From NCBI RefSeq assembly GCF_000006765.1, contig NC_002516.2: 64,000 nucleotides of DNA; one strand, given 5' to 3'. Below, one piece after another: positions 10,681 to 20,675 of this stretch (positions are counted from its first letter, which is position 1; each line of letters starts with the position of its first letter). The position numbers and the translations under genes were made by a program. Source of the DNA: Pseudomonas aeruginosa PAO1 (GTDB taxonomy: Bacteria > Pseudomonadota > Gammaproteobacteria > Pseudomonadales > Pseudomonadaceae). The notes beneath the pieces were generated by a model. The model saw only the letters and a list, made by a program, of their open reading frames with translations. It was not told the origin of the DNA and made no database searches.

Positions 10681-10838
10681 GTTCTCTCTTTATCCGGACT
10701 ATGACCGTCGGCCCCGGAATCGCACCGGGTCTGCTGACCTTGTCGTCCGGCGGTGGCCGGTCCGGCAAGCGCTCGCGGGCTAGGCGCCTTGCGCGCCATT
10801 ACCGCCGGTGGGGACTTTCACCCCGCCCTGAGAACGTT
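10681..10838 (-). ncRNA. FMN riboswitch (RFN element)
   Basis: Minus strand reads CTCAGGGCGGGGTGAAAGTCCCCACCGGCGGTAA...GCCCGCGAGCGC...GTCAGCAGACCCGGTGCGATTCCGGGGCCGACGGTCATAGTCCGGATAAAGAGAG, the canonical RFN consensus. Confidence 0.96.
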
Positions 10839-10920
10839 ACGGCCACCGAGATGGCCGTGTGGCGTTTTACCACAGTTGCGCCGCTTGTGCATCGTCCGCC
10901 GCGTCGCCGCGCAGCGAAGT

Positions 10921-12042
10921 TCAGGCGTCCCGCAGATGGGGCCGCGCGGTGACCAGCCAGTCGTCGCCCACCGCGCGGATGTCGTCGATCCGCAACTGCG
11001 CCGCATCGGCCATCCGCGCCAGCGGCCAATCGAGCAAAGGACGGGCGCTGGAGCCGAGGAACTTCGGCGCGACGAACAGCCGGTACTCATCCACCAGCCC
11101 CAGCCGGGCGAAGGCGCCGGCCAGACGCGGGCCGGCCTCCACCAGCACTTCGTTGGCGCCGCGCGCCGCCAGTTCCAGGAGCAGCTTGTGCAAATCGACG
11201 TGGCCCTCGGCGGAGGGCAGCGCCAGCAGTTCGTGGCCGGCGTCCTGGAAGCGTTCGCGCGCCGAGGCGGCGGCGCAGGTCGCCACCAGCGCCGGACCGG
11301 CCTGGTAGAACGCCGACTCCAGCGGCACCCGCAGGCGCCCGTCGACCAGCACCCGCAACGGCTGGCGAGCCGCGGCGAGCGCGGTAAGCTCGGCGTTCAG
11401 GCCCAGTTCGTCGGGGCGTACGTTGAGCCGCGCATCGTCCGCCAGCAGCGTATCGGCGCCGGACAACACCACGCTGGAGCGAGCGCGCAAGCGCTGCACC
11501 GCCGAACGCGCGGAGGGCCCGGTGATCCACTGGCTTTCCCCGCTGGCCATGGCGGTGCGCCCGTCCAGGCTCATCGCCAGCTTGACCCGGACGAACGGCA
11601 GGCCATGTTCCATGCGCTTGATGAAACCGATGTTGAGTTCCCGCGCCTCGGCTTCGAGGACGCCGCTCTGCACCGCGATGCCGGCCTGCATCAGACGCAG
11701 CAGGCCGCGACCGGCGACCTCGGGGTTGGGATCCTGCATCGCCGCGACCACCCGCGCCACCCCGGCGCCCACCAGCGCATCGGCGCACGGCGGGGTGCGG
11801 CCGAAGTGGCTGCAGGGCTCGAGGGTCACGTAGGCGGTGGCGCCGCGTGCATTCTCGCCGGCCTGGCGCAGGGCATGGACCTCGGCGTGCGGCTCGCCGG
11901 CGCGGACGTGCCAGCCCTCGCCGACCACCTGGCCGTCCTTGACCAGCACGCAGCCGACGCGCGGATTCGGCTGGGTGGAGTACAGCCCCTGGCGCGCCAG
12001 TTCCAGGGCGCGGGCCATGTACAGCGGGTCGGCGGCGTTCAT
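10921..12042 (-). CDS. ribD: Bifunctional riboflavin deaminase/reductase
   Basis: [29 protein letters not shown] and [11 protein letters not shown] motifs. Confidence 0.97.
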   Translation of the reverse strand: MNAADPLYMARALELARQGLYSTQPNPRVGCVLVKDGQVVGEGWHVRAGEPHAEVHALRQAGENARGATAYVTLEPCSHFGRTPPCADALVGAGVARVVAAMQDPNPEVAGRGLLRLMQAGIAVQSGVLEAEARELNIGFIKRMEHGLPFVRVKLAMSLDGRTAMASGESQWITGPSARSAVQRLRARSSVVLSGADTLLADDARLNVRPDELGLNAELTALAAARQPLRVLVDGRLRVPLESAFYQAGPALVATCAAASARERFQDAGHELLALPSAEGHVDLHKLLLELAARGANEVLVEAGPRLAGAFARLGLVDEYRLFVAPKFLGSSARPLLDWPLARMADAAQLRIDDIRAVGDDWLVTARPHLRDA

Positions 12043-12503
12043 TCCTTGGCCGGCTCGCGGGCGAGGCGTTCGATCTCCTCGCGGAATTCGTTGAGGTCCT
12101 GGAAGCGCCGGTAGACCGAGGCGAAACGGATGTAGGCGACTTCGTCGAGCTTCTGCAGCTCGGCCATCACCAGTTCGCCCAGCACCCGCGACTTGATCTC
12201 GCGCTCGCCGGTGGCGCGCAACTGGTGCTTGATGTGGCCGATGGCCGCTTCCAGGCGCTCGACGCTGACCGGACGCTTCTCCAGGGCGCGCTGCATGCCG
12301 GCGCGCAGCTTGTCCTCGTCGAACGGCTGGCGGCTGCCGTCCTGCTTGATCAGGCGCGGCATGACCAGCTCGGCGGTCTCGAAGGTGGTGAAGCGTTCGC
12401 CGCAGGCCAGGCACTCGCGGCGCCGGCGCACCTGATCGCCCTCGGCGACCAGTCGCGAGTCAATCACTTTGGTGTCATGGGCACCGCAGAAGGGACAATG
12501 CAT
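12039..12503 (-). CDS. nrdR: Transcriptional repressor NrdR
   Basis: [24 protein letters not shown] zinc ribbon, ATP cone, AYIRFASVY. Confidence 0.98.
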   Translation of the reverse strand: MHCPFCGAHDTKVIDSRLVAEGDQVRRRRECLACGERFTTFETAELVMPRLIKQDGSRQPFDEDKLRAGMQRALEKRPVSVERLEAAIGHIKHQLRATGEREIKSRVLGELVMAELQKLDEVAYIRFASVYRRFQDLNEFREEIERLAREPAKE

Positions 12504-12700
12504 GGTGCTGATACAGGCGTAGCTGAAGGAAGCCGCATGGTAGCGCATCCGCGCCCGACCGAGCACCCGCAGAATCGACCGGCGCCGGCACGCTGGGAAA
12601 GGCGAGAGGAATCGGACGTTGCGGACTACGCGAAGCGCGACAAGAATCACACTTTGCGCTATACAAGCGCCGCCCGGATTCCACCGCTATGGAGCAGCCC

Positions 12701-13159
12701 ATGACCCTGCGCCCGATCGCCCTGCTGGCCGTCCTTCTCCTCGCCGCTTGTTCCAGCGACAAGCCGAAGCCTGCGCCAACGCCGCAAGCTTCGCGCAGCG
12801 TGACCATGGTCGAGCCGGTGCTACCGGCCCACCTGCGCGAGCTGAGCGGAACGCTGAGCAGCATCCAGGGCAGCCTGCCACGCGGCAGCGAGGTGCAGAT
12901 GGCACTGCTGGTGATCGACGAGCGCGACCGTCCACAGCGGCTGCTGGCCAGCGAGACGGTGCTGGCCACCGGCGAACTCATGCCCTTCCGCCTGCCGTTC
13001 AACCCCGAATCCTTCCCGCCGGCCGGTGGCGCGCTGCGCGTCGAACTGCACGCGCGGGTGATCCAGTCCGGCCAGTTGGCCTGGCGCCTGCATCCGTTGC
13101 GGATCGCCCAGCCGACCACCCAGTCCCTCGGCGAACTGCGCCTGGTACGCGCGCCGTGA
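12701..13159 (+). CDS. YbaY/YscW-like lipoprotein (PA4058)
   Basis: Lipobox LLAAC; Pro-rich linker; PFRLPFNP-ELHARV pattern. Confidence 0.8.
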   Translation: MTLRPIALLAVLLLAACSSDKPKPAPTPQASRSVTMVEPVLPAHLRELSGTLSSIQGSLPRGSEVQMALLVIDERDRPQRLLASETVLATGELMPFRLPFNPESFPPAGGALRVELHARVIQSGQLAWRLHPLRIAQPTTQSLGELRLVRAP

Positions 13160-13817
13160 CGGCACCGCAAGCCCTGACCCAGGCGCTGGGCGAGCTGCTC
13201 GGCGACGCCCGGCTCAGCGCCACCGCGCTGCCCGGCACCGACCTGCGCCTGTGGCTGATCGACGCGCAGAACATGGACCGCCAGTTCAGCCCGGAGGAAA
13301 CCCGCCGCATCCTCGAAGAGCCGCCGTACTGGTGCTTCTGCTGGGCCAGCGGGCTGGTCCTGGCGCGCTGGCTGGCGGCGCGCCCGCAGTGGGTCCGCGA
13401 CAAGCGCGTGCTGGACTTCGGCAGCGGCTCCGGGGTGGCGGCGATCGCCGCGGCCCGCGCCGGCGCCGCGAGGTGGTGGCTTGCGACCTGGATCCCCTGG
13501 CGCTGGCAGCGAGCCGGGCGAACGCCGAACTGAACGGAGTGGAGCTGAGCTATTCGGCGGACTTCTTCGCCGAGGACGATCGCTTCGACCTGATCCTGGT
13601 GGCCGACGTGCTCTACGACCGCGCCAACCTGCCGCTGCTCGACCAGTTCCTCAGCCGCGGCCGCCAGGCGCTGGTCGCCGACTCGCGGGTCCGTGACTTC
13701 CGTCATCCGCTGTACCGACGCCTGGACGTGCTCGAAGCCTGTACCTGGCCGGACCTCGCCGAGCCCGCCGAATTCCGCCTGGTCAGCCTGTATCACGCCG
13801 AACGCGGGCAAGCCTGA
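13156..13817 (+). pseudogene. Class I SAM methyltransferase (METTL20/ETFB-KMT-like) split by a 1-nt deletion near 13468-13470 (PA4059/PA4060)
   Basis: Frame A: PPYWCFCWASG...VLDFGSGSGVAAIAAARAGA; frame B continues EVVACDLDPLAL...DLILVADVLYD. Confidence 0.85.
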
Positions 13818-13888
13818 GGCACGGGCTTGTTTGCGCGCGGCGCGCCCCCACTTATAGTGGTCACCACCTTGCGTTTCCGAGAATCGAC

Positions 13889-14758
13889 ATGAGCGATACG
13901 CCCTACATCTTCGACGTCACCGGCGCCAACTTCGAGCAGCTGGTCATCGAGAACTCGTTCCACAAGCCGGTCCTGGTGGACTTCTGGGCCGACTGGTGCG
14001 CCCCGTGCAAGGCGCTGATGCCGCTGCTGGCGCAGATCGCCGAGTCCTACCAGGGCGAATTGCTGCTGGCCAAGGTCAACTGCGACGTCGAGCAGGACAT
14101 CGTGATGCGCTTCGGCATCCGCAGCCTGCCGACCGTGGTCCTGTTCAAGGATGGCCAGCCGGTCGACGGTTTCGCCGGCGCCCAGCCCGAATCGCAGATC
14201 CGCGCCCTGCTCGAACCCCATGTGAAAGCACCGGCGCTGCCCGACGAAGACCCGCTGGAAGTGGCCCAGGCGCTATTCGCCGAAGGCCGCATCGGCGACG
14301 CCGAAGCGACCCTGAAAGCCCTGCTGGCGGAGAACAACGAGAACGCCGCGGCGCTGATCCTCTACGCCCGCTGCCTGGCCGAGCGCGGCGAACTGGAAGA
14401 GGCGCAGGCCATCCTCGACGCGGTGAAGAGCGACGAGCACAAGCAGGCCCTGGCCGGCGCCCGCGCGCAGCTGACCTTCCTGCGCCAGGCTGCCGACCTG
14501 CCCGACAGCGCAGAGCTGAAGAGCCGCCTGGCGGCCGATGCCGGCGACGACGAGGCAGCCTACCAGTTGGCCGTCCAGCAGCTCGCCCGGCAGCAGTACG
14601 AGGCGGCCCTGGACGGACTGCTCAAGCTGTTCCTGCGCAACCGCGGCTACCAGGACGACCTGCCGCGCAAGACCCTGGTGCAGGTCTTCGACCTGCTTGG
14701 CAACGACCACCCGCTGGTCACCGCCTACCGCCGCAAGCTGTACCAGGCGCTCTACTGA
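13889..14758 (+). CDS. Thioredoxin-TPR co-chaperone, YbbN/CnoX family (PA4061)
   Basis: VLVDFWADWCAPCK active site plus C-terminal TPR-like helices ending YRRKLYQALY. Confidence 0.93.
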   Translation: MSDTPYIFDVTGANFEQLVIENSFHKPVLVDFWADWCAPCKALMPLLAQIAESYQGELLLAKVNCDVEQDIVMRFGIRSLPTVVLFKDGQPVDGFAGAQPESQIRALLEPHVKAPALPDEDPLEVAQALFAEGRIGDAEATLKALLAENNENAAALILYARCLAERGELEEAQAILDAVKSDEHKQALAGARAQLTFLRQAADLPDSAELKSRLAADAGDDEAAYQLAVQQLARQQYEAALDGLLKLFLRNRGYQDDLPRKTLVQVFDLLGNDHPLVTAYRRKLYQALY

Positions 14759-14764
14759 GTCGCC

Positions 14765-14784
14765 GAGCCCCGTCCGCGGGGCTC
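14765..14784. terminator. Hairpin between convergent genes
   Basis: GAGCCCCG-tccg-CGGGGCTC perfect stem. Confidence 0.5.
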
Positions 14785-15139
14785 AGTCCTCCAGCCAGAC
14801 GAACACCTGGGTGCCGTCGACCACCTCGACCTTGACCCGGGCGTCATGCCGCAGGCGCACAAGCAGTTGCTTGGCGGCGCCGGCATTGCCGCTGAACCCC
14901 TCCAACTCCGCCAGCAACTGCGGCCCCTCGATCCGCCCGCTGCCGCGCAGCAGGTCCTGGGCGGTCTGCCACAGGCGATCCACCGGCGCTGCCGGCGCCG
15001 GCGCCCTGGCCGCCGCGACCTGCGGCTCGCCCAGCGGCGGCGGGGGCACGTGTTGCGCCAGCTGGCGCCAATCCTCGGCGTCCAGTTCCAGGGTCAGGTC
15101 CACCGGCCAGTCGCCGATGCTTCCGCGAATCCGCACCAT
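14783..15139 (-). CDS. Hypothetical protein (PA4062)
   Basis: MVRIRGSIGDWPVDL; Pro/Ala linker and a probable small helical C-terminal domain; typical codon usage. Confidence 0.75.
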   Translation of the reverse strand: MVRIRGSIGDWPVDLTLELDAEDWRQLAQHVPPPPLGEPQVAAARAPAPAAPVDRLWQTAQDLLRGSGRIEGPQLLAELEGFSGNAGAAKQLLVRLRHDARVKVEVVDGTQVFVWLED

Positions 15140-15220
15140 CTCGTTTCTCCACAAGCGAATCGCGCCATGCTCCCACGTCGGCGCGTAGGGGCCAAATCGG
15201 CCAGGCTAGGCAGGCGGAAA

Positions 15221-15240
15221 AATTCGTTATAACGTAACAA
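15221..15240 (+). promoter_or_regulatory. Probable Zur box
   Basis: AATTCGTTATAACGTAACAA containing the perfect palindrome CGTTATAACG, upstream of a His-rich zinc-uptake operon. Confidence 0.7.
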
Positions 15241-15271
15241 ACTCTTTTCCTTCCTTGCCGGAGTCCCGTTC

Positions 15272-15862
<591 letters not shown>

Positions 15863-15950
15863 GATCGTTCCGGAGGCGCCGCGAGGGATTCGGCGCGGCG
15901 CCCCTCCATCCATTCTCGAGGCTCCGGCGGAGCGTTCCGCCCCTACCCCC

Positions 15951-16655
15951 ATGAGCGCACTGATCACCCTGACCAACCTCGGCTTCGCCTGGCCCGGCCA
16001 GGCGGAGTTGCTGGACATTCCCAGCTTCCATCTCGAACGCGGCGAGAGCCTGTTCCTCAAGGGGCCTTCCGGCAGCGGCAAGACCACCCTGCTCGGCCTC
16101 CTCGGCGGCGTGCAGAAGCCCGGCCGCGGCAGCATCCGCCTGCTCGGCGAGGACCTGGAAAAGCTGTCCGCCGCGCGCCGCGACCATTTCCGCGTCGACC
16201 ACACCGGCTACATCTTCCAGCAGTTCAACCTGCTGCCATTCCTCTCGGTACGCGAGAACGTCGAGCTGCCCTGTCACTTTTCCGCGTTGCGCCGTCAGCG
16301 CGCCCGCGAACGCCACGGTAGCCCGGCGCAGGCCGCCAGCCATCTGCTCGGCCAGCTCGGCCTCGGCGGCGAACTGCACGAACGCCGCGCCGACAGCCTG
16401 TCCATCGGCCAGCAGCAGCGGGTCGCCGCCGCCCGCGCGCTGATCGGCCAGCCGGAGCTGGTGATCGCCGACGAGCCGACCTCGGCGCTCGACGCCGACA
16501 GCCGCGAGGCGTTTCTCCAGTTGCTCTTCGCCGAATGCCGCGAGGCCGGCGCCAGCCTGCTGTTCGTCAGCCACGACCAGAGCCTGGCCGGGCTGTTCGA
16601 CCGCAGCCTGTCCCTTTCCGATCTCAACCGCGCCGCCCGGCCGGCAGGACTCTGA
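15951..16655 (+). CDS. ABC transporter ATP-binding protein, LolD/MacB-like (PA4064)
   Basis: GPSGSGKTT Walker A, LSIGQQQRVA signature, ADEPT. Confidence 0.95.
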   Translation: MSALITLTNLGFAWPGQAELLDIPSFHLERGESLFLKGPSGSGKTTLLGLLGGVQKPGRGSIRLLGEDLEKLSAARRDHFRVDHTGYIFQQFNLLPFLSVRENVELPCHFSALRRQRARERHGSPAQAASHLLGQLGLGGELHERRADSLSIGQQQRVAAARALIGQPELVIADEPTSALDADSREAFLQLLFAECREAGASLLFVSHDQSLAGLFDRSLSLSDLNRAARPAGL

Positions 16656-16657
16656 GC

Positions 16658-17923
16658 ATGTATCTCTTCCGACTGGCACTGGCCAGCCTGGCCAACCGCC
16701 GCTTCACCGCCCTGCTGACGATCTTCGCCATCGCCCTCTCCGCCTGCCTGCTGCTGGCGGTGGAGCGGGTCCGCACCGAGGCCAAGGCCAGCTTCGCCAG
16801 TACCATCTCCGGAACCGACCTGATCGTCGGCGCGCGCTCCGGCTCGGTGAACCTGCTGCTCTACTCGGTATTCCGCATCGGCAACGCGACCAACAACATC
16901 CGCTGGGACAGCTACCGGCACTTCGCCGAAAACCCGCGGGTGAAGTGGGCGATCCCGATCTCCCTCGGCGACTCGCACCGCGGCTACCGGGTAATGGGTA
17001 CCGATGCCGGCTATTTCGAGCACTACCGCTACGGCCGCGGCCAGGAACTGCAACTGGCCGAGGGCCGCGCCTTCGGCCAGGACCTGTTCGACGTGGTGCT
17101 CGGCGCCGAGGTGGCCGAAGCCCTGCACTACAGGCTCGGCGAGAAGATCGTGCTGGCCCATGGGGTGAGCACGGTGAGCCTGGTCAAGCACGACGACAAG
17201 CCGTTCACCGTGGTCGGCATCCTCCAGCGCACCGGTACCCCGGTGGACCGCACCCTGCACATATCCCTCGCCGGCATGGAGGCGCTGCACGTCGACTGGC
17301 GCAACGGGGTGCCGGCGATGGGCGCCGGGCGCGTCAGTGCCGAGCAGGCGCGGCACATGGACCTGCAACCACAGACGATCACCGCGTTCCTGGTCGGCCT
17401 GAAGAGCAAGGTGGCGACCTTCGCCCTGCAACGCGAGGTCAACGACTATCCCGGCGAACCGCTGATGGCGATCCTCCCCGGTGTCGCCCTGCAGGAACTG
17501 TGGGGCCTGATGGGCACCGCCGAGAAGGCACTGTTCGTGGTCTCGCTGTTCGTCGTCCTCACCGGCCTGATCGGCATGCTCACGGCGATCCTCACCAGCC
17601 TCAACGAGCGCCGCCGGGAGATGGCCATCCTGCGCTCGGTGGGCGCGCGCCCCTGGCACATCTTCGGCCTGCTGCTGGCCGAGGCCTTCAGCCTGGCGCT
17701 GGCCGGCGTCGCCCTCGGCCTCGGCCTGCTCTACCTCGGCATCGCCGCCAGCCAGGGCTACGTCCAGGCCAACTACGGCATCTACCTGCCGCTGGCCTGG
17801 CCGAGCGACTATGAGTGGAGCCTGCTCGGGGCTATCCTGGCGGCCGCCGTGCTGATCGGCTGCGTGCCGGCCTGGCGCGCCTACCGCCAGTCCCTGGCCG
17901 ATGGCCTGTCGATCCGCCTATGA
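16658..17923 (+). CDS. ABC permease, MacB/FtsX family (PA4065)
   Basis: N-terminal TM, large periplasmic domain, LNERRREMAILRSVGA and three C-terminal TMs. Confidence 0.92.
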   Translation: MYLFRLALASLANRRFTALLTIFAIALSACLLLAVERVRTEAKASFASTISGTDLIVGARSGSVNLLLYSVFRIGNATNNIRWDSYRHFAENPRVKWAIPISLGDSHRGYRVMGTDAGYFEHYRYGRGQELQLAEGRAFGQDLFDVVLGAEVAEALHYRLGEKIVLAHGVSTVSLVKHDDKPFTVVGILQRTGTPVDRTLHISLAGMEALHVDWRNGVPAMGAGRVSAEQARHMDLQPQTITAFLVGLKSKVATFALQREVNDYPGEPLMAILPGVALQELWGLMGTAEKALFVVSLFVVLTGLIGMLTAILTSLNERRREMAILRSVGARPWHIFGLLLAEAFSLALAGVALGLGLLYLGIAASQGYVQANYGIYLPLAWPSDYEWSLLGAILAAAVLIGCVPAWRAYRQSLADGLSIRL

Positions 17924-17940
17924 CCCGGAGATATTCCCCG

Positions 17941-18459
17941 ATGCTGCGCTCCCTGACCGTCCTCCTGCTGGCTTTCGCCCTGCTCCTGGGCAGTGCCGTG
18001 GCGCGCGCCGCGCCGCGCGAACTGACCTGGTCGCAACTGATCCCGGCCGGCGCCCCGCCCGCCCCGGCGCCGCTGCCGATCCACGACCTCGCCAACGCCC
18101 TCAGCGAAGCCGGTCCGGCGGCCAGCCAGCAGAGCCCCAACGCCCCGGTGGTGAAGGCACTGGACGGCATCGAGGCCAAGCTGCCGGGCTACATCGTGCC
18201 GCTGGAAATCAGCGAGGCCGGGCTGGTCACCGAGTTCCTCCTGGTCCCCTACTACGGCGCCTGCATCCACGTACCGCCGCCGCCGTCGAACCAGATCGTC
18301 TACGTGAAGACCGCCAAGGGCGTGCAGATGGACGAGTTGTATCAGCCATTCTGGGTCGAGGGCACCTTCAAGGTGGAGAACGCCAGCAGCGAGCTGGCGG
18401 CGGCCGGCTACCGCATGCAGGCGAGCAAGGTGACGCCCTACGAATACGAAGGTGGCTGA
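17941..18459 (+). CDS. DUF3299 family exported protein (PA4066); alternative start 17920
   Basis: Signal peptide; LPGYIVPLE and FLLVPYYGACIHVPPPPSNQIV motifs. Confidence 0.85.
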   Translation: MLRSLTVLLLAFALLLGSAVARAAPRELTWSQLIPAGAPPAPAPLPIHDLANALSEAGPAASQQSPNAPVVKALDGIEAKLPGYIVPLEISEAGLVTEFLLVPYYGACIHVPPPPSNQIVYVKTAKGVQMDELYQPFWVEGTFKVENASSELAAAGYRMQASKVTPYEYEGG

Positions 18460-18522
18460 ACGACATGCGACAATCCGCCGCGCCATTTACGTTGCGGCGG
18501 TCACATTTGCTCCTAGGATTGA

Positions 18523-18536
18523 TTGAGCTGTGTCAA
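18523..18536 (+). promoter_or_regulatory. ANR (FNR-type) box upstream of oprG
   Basis: TTGAG-CTGT-GTCAA versus consensus TTGAT-N4-ATCAA; oprG is known to be ANR-dependent. Confidence 0.7.
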
Positions 18537-18606
18537 GGAAGGCAACTGTTAGCTGGCTGACCATTAGCAGCACCAACACTTTCTAATACAAGGAATGGAG
18601 CTCATC

Positions 18607-19305
18607 ATGCGTAAGTCCTGGCTTACCGCTTCCCTGCTGGCCCTCACCGTCGCCTCCCCGTTCGCCGCTGCGGATATTCAAGGACACAAGGCCGGTGACT
18701 TCATCATCCGTGGCGGCTTCGCCACCGTCGATCCCGACGACAGCAGTTCCGACATCAAGCTGGACGGCGCCAAGCAGCGCGGTACCAAGGCGACTGTCGA
18801 CAGCGACACCCAGCTCGGCCTGACCTTCACCTACATGTTCGCCGACAAGTGGGGCGTGGAACTGGTCGCCGCCACTCCGTTCAACCACCAGGTCGACGTC
18901 AAGGGCCTCGGCCCGGGCCTGGACGGCAAGCTGGCCGACATCAAGCAACTGCCGCCGACCCTGCTGCTCCAGTACTACCCCATGGGCGGTACCAACAGCG
19001 CCTTCCAGCCCTACGGCGGTCTGGGCGTGAACTACACCACCTTCTTCGACGAAGACCTCGCCAGCAACCGCAAGGCGCAGGGTTTCAGCAGCATGAAGCT
19101 GCAGGACTCCTGGGGCCTGGCCGGCGAACTGGGCTTCGACTACATGCTCAACGAGCACGCGCTGTTCAACATGGCCGTCTGGTACATGGACATCGACACC
19201 AAGGCCAGCATCAACGGCCCGAGCGCCCTGGGCGTGAACAAGACCAAGGTCGACGTGGACGTCGATCCGTGGGTCTACATGATCGGTTTCGGCTACAAGT
19301 TCTGA
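18607..19305 (+). CDS. oprG: Outer membrane protein OprG (OmpW family)
   Basis: HKAGDFIIRGG, VELVAATPFNH, LPPTLLLQYY, C-terminal GYKF. Confidence 0.97.
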   Translation: MRKSWLTASLLALTVASPFAAADIQGHKAGDFIIRGGFATVDPDDSSSDIKLDGAKQRGTKATVDSDTQLGLTFTYMFADKWGVELVAATPFNHQVDVKGLGPGLDGKLADIKQLPPTLLLQYYPMGGTNSAFQPYGGLGVNYTTFFDEDLASNRKAQGFSSMKLQDSWGLAGELGFDYMLNEHALFNMAVWYMDIDTKASINGPSALGVNKTKVDVDVDPWVYMIGFGYKF

Positions 19306-19340
19306 GTCGTAGACTGTCGCGGGGCTTGCGCCCCCAACGG

Positions 19341-19367
19341 AAAAAGGCGCCTTCGGGCGCCTTTTTT
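19341..19367 (+). terminator. Rho-independent terminator after oprG
   Basis: AAAAAGGCGCC-TTCG-GGCGCCTTTTTT. Confidence 0.92.
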
Positions 19368-19388
19368 CATCCTGCGGAAACGGACCCC

Positions 19389-19745
19389 ATGTACCTCTGG
19401 CTGAAGACCCTGCACATCACCTTCGCCCTCAGCAGCGCCGCCCTGTTCGTCTGGCGCCTGGCCTGGAACTGGTCGGGGCGCAAGGCCAGCGGCATCCGCC
19501 GCTGGGGACCGCACCTGGTGGACACCCTGCTGCTGCTCAGCGCGCTCGGCCTGGTGCACCTGGCGATGCCCTGGCCGCTGCCGCTCTGGCTGCTGGCGAA
19601 GCTGGGGCTGTTGCTGGGCTACATCGTCTGCGCGGCGTTCGCCCTGCGGATGGCGCGGGGCCCCGGCAAGGGCCTGCTCAGCGTCCTCAGCCTCACCCTG
19701 CTGGGCGGGATCTTCTACCTGGCGCTGAACAAGCCCTGGTGGTGA
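19389..19745 (+). CDS. SirB2-family small membrane protein (118 aa)
   Basis: MYLWLKTLHITFA, PHLVDTLLLLSA and WLLAKLGLLLGYIV motifs typical of SirB/YchQ. Confidence 0.8.
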   Translation: MYLWLKTLHITFALSSAALFVWRLAWNWSGRKASGIRRWGPHLVDTLLLLSALGLVHLAMPWPLPLWLLAKLGLLLGYIVCAAFALRMARGPGKGLLSVLSLTLLGGIFYLALNKPWW

Positions 19746-20675
19746 TCAGCGGCCGAGCAGGCGCGCCAGGCCCACGCCCATCGGCGTCGGCTGGTCGAAG
19801 CGGAAACGCCGCAGCAGGCGCTCGTTGTTCGCCCGCGAATGCCTGATGTCACCGGCTCGCGCGTCGGCGTGGGTCACCGGCGGCAGGCCACCGAGTACCT
19901 GGCCGATCTCTGCCAGCAACTGCTTCAGGCTGATGCTGCGATTCAGGCCGACGTTCACCGCCCCGGGTTCCACCGCCGTCGCCTCCAGCGCCTGGACCAG
20001 GAAATCGACCAGGTCGGCGACGTAGATGAAGTCGCGGGTCTGCTCGCCGTCGCCGAACACGGTGATCGGCGTCCCCTTCAGGGCGCGCTCGGTGAATATG
20101 CTGATCACCCCGGAATAGGGCGAGGACGGGTCCTGGCGTGGCCCGTAGACGTTGAAGAAGCGGAAGATCGCCGGTTCCAGCCCATGCTGGCGGCGATAGA
20201 AATCGAGGTAGTACTCGCTGGCCAGCTTGTCCGACGCGTAGGGCGTCAGCGGCGACTTCGGGGTGTCTTCGTCGATCGCCGTGCCTTCGCCGTTCTGCCC
20301 GTAGACCGCTGCGCTGGAAGCGAACACCACGCGCTTCACGCCCTGCTCGCGCATCGCTTCGCAGAGGTTCAGGGTGGCGATGAAATTGCTCTGGTGGGTG
20401 GCGACCGGGTCGTCCACCGAGGCCTGTACCGAGGCGACCGCGGCCAGGTGGGCGACCGCCGCGCAGCCCTTCAGGGCGGCCGCCAGGGTCGCCGCGTCGG
20501 CGGCGTCGCCTTCGAGCAGCTCTACCCGTTCGTCGTCCAGGGGCAGGTTGTCGCGCTTGCCGGTGGACAGGTTGTCCAGCACACGCACGCGGTAGCCGCG
20601 CGCCAGCAGCGCGTCGGTCAGGTGGGAGCCGATGAAACCGGCGCCGCCGGTGATCAGGATGGGGCGTTCAAACAT
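19746..20675 (-). CDS. NAD-dependent epimerase/dehydratase (PA4068)
   Basis: TGGAGFIG, SSAAVYG, YASDK (YxxxK), FRFFNVYGPRQDPSSPYSGVI. Confidence 0.93.
   Translation of the reverse strand: MFERPILITGGAGFIGSHLTDALLARGYRVRVLDNLSTGKRDNLPLDDERVELLEGDAADAATLAAALKGCAAVAHLAAVASVQASVDDPVATHQSNFIATLNLCEAMREQGVKRVVFASSAAVYGQNGEGTAIDEDTPKSPLTPYASDKLASEYYLDFYRRQHGLEPAIFRFFNVYGPRQDPSSPYSGVISIFTERALKGTPITVFGDGEQTRDFIYVADLVDFLVQALEATAVEPGAVNVGLNRSISLKQLLAEIGQVLGGLPPVTHADARAGDIRHSRANNERLLRRFRFDQPTPMGVGLARLLGR

Noticed and set aside
9834-10799. 321-aa N-terminally extended RibC
   Set aside because: The extension runs through the riboswitch; the conserved MFTGII start with its own SD is at 10493
13793-14221. 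Antisense ORF resembling database 'hypothetical' proteins
   Set aside because: Shadow of the thioredoxin gene caused by high-GC codon bias
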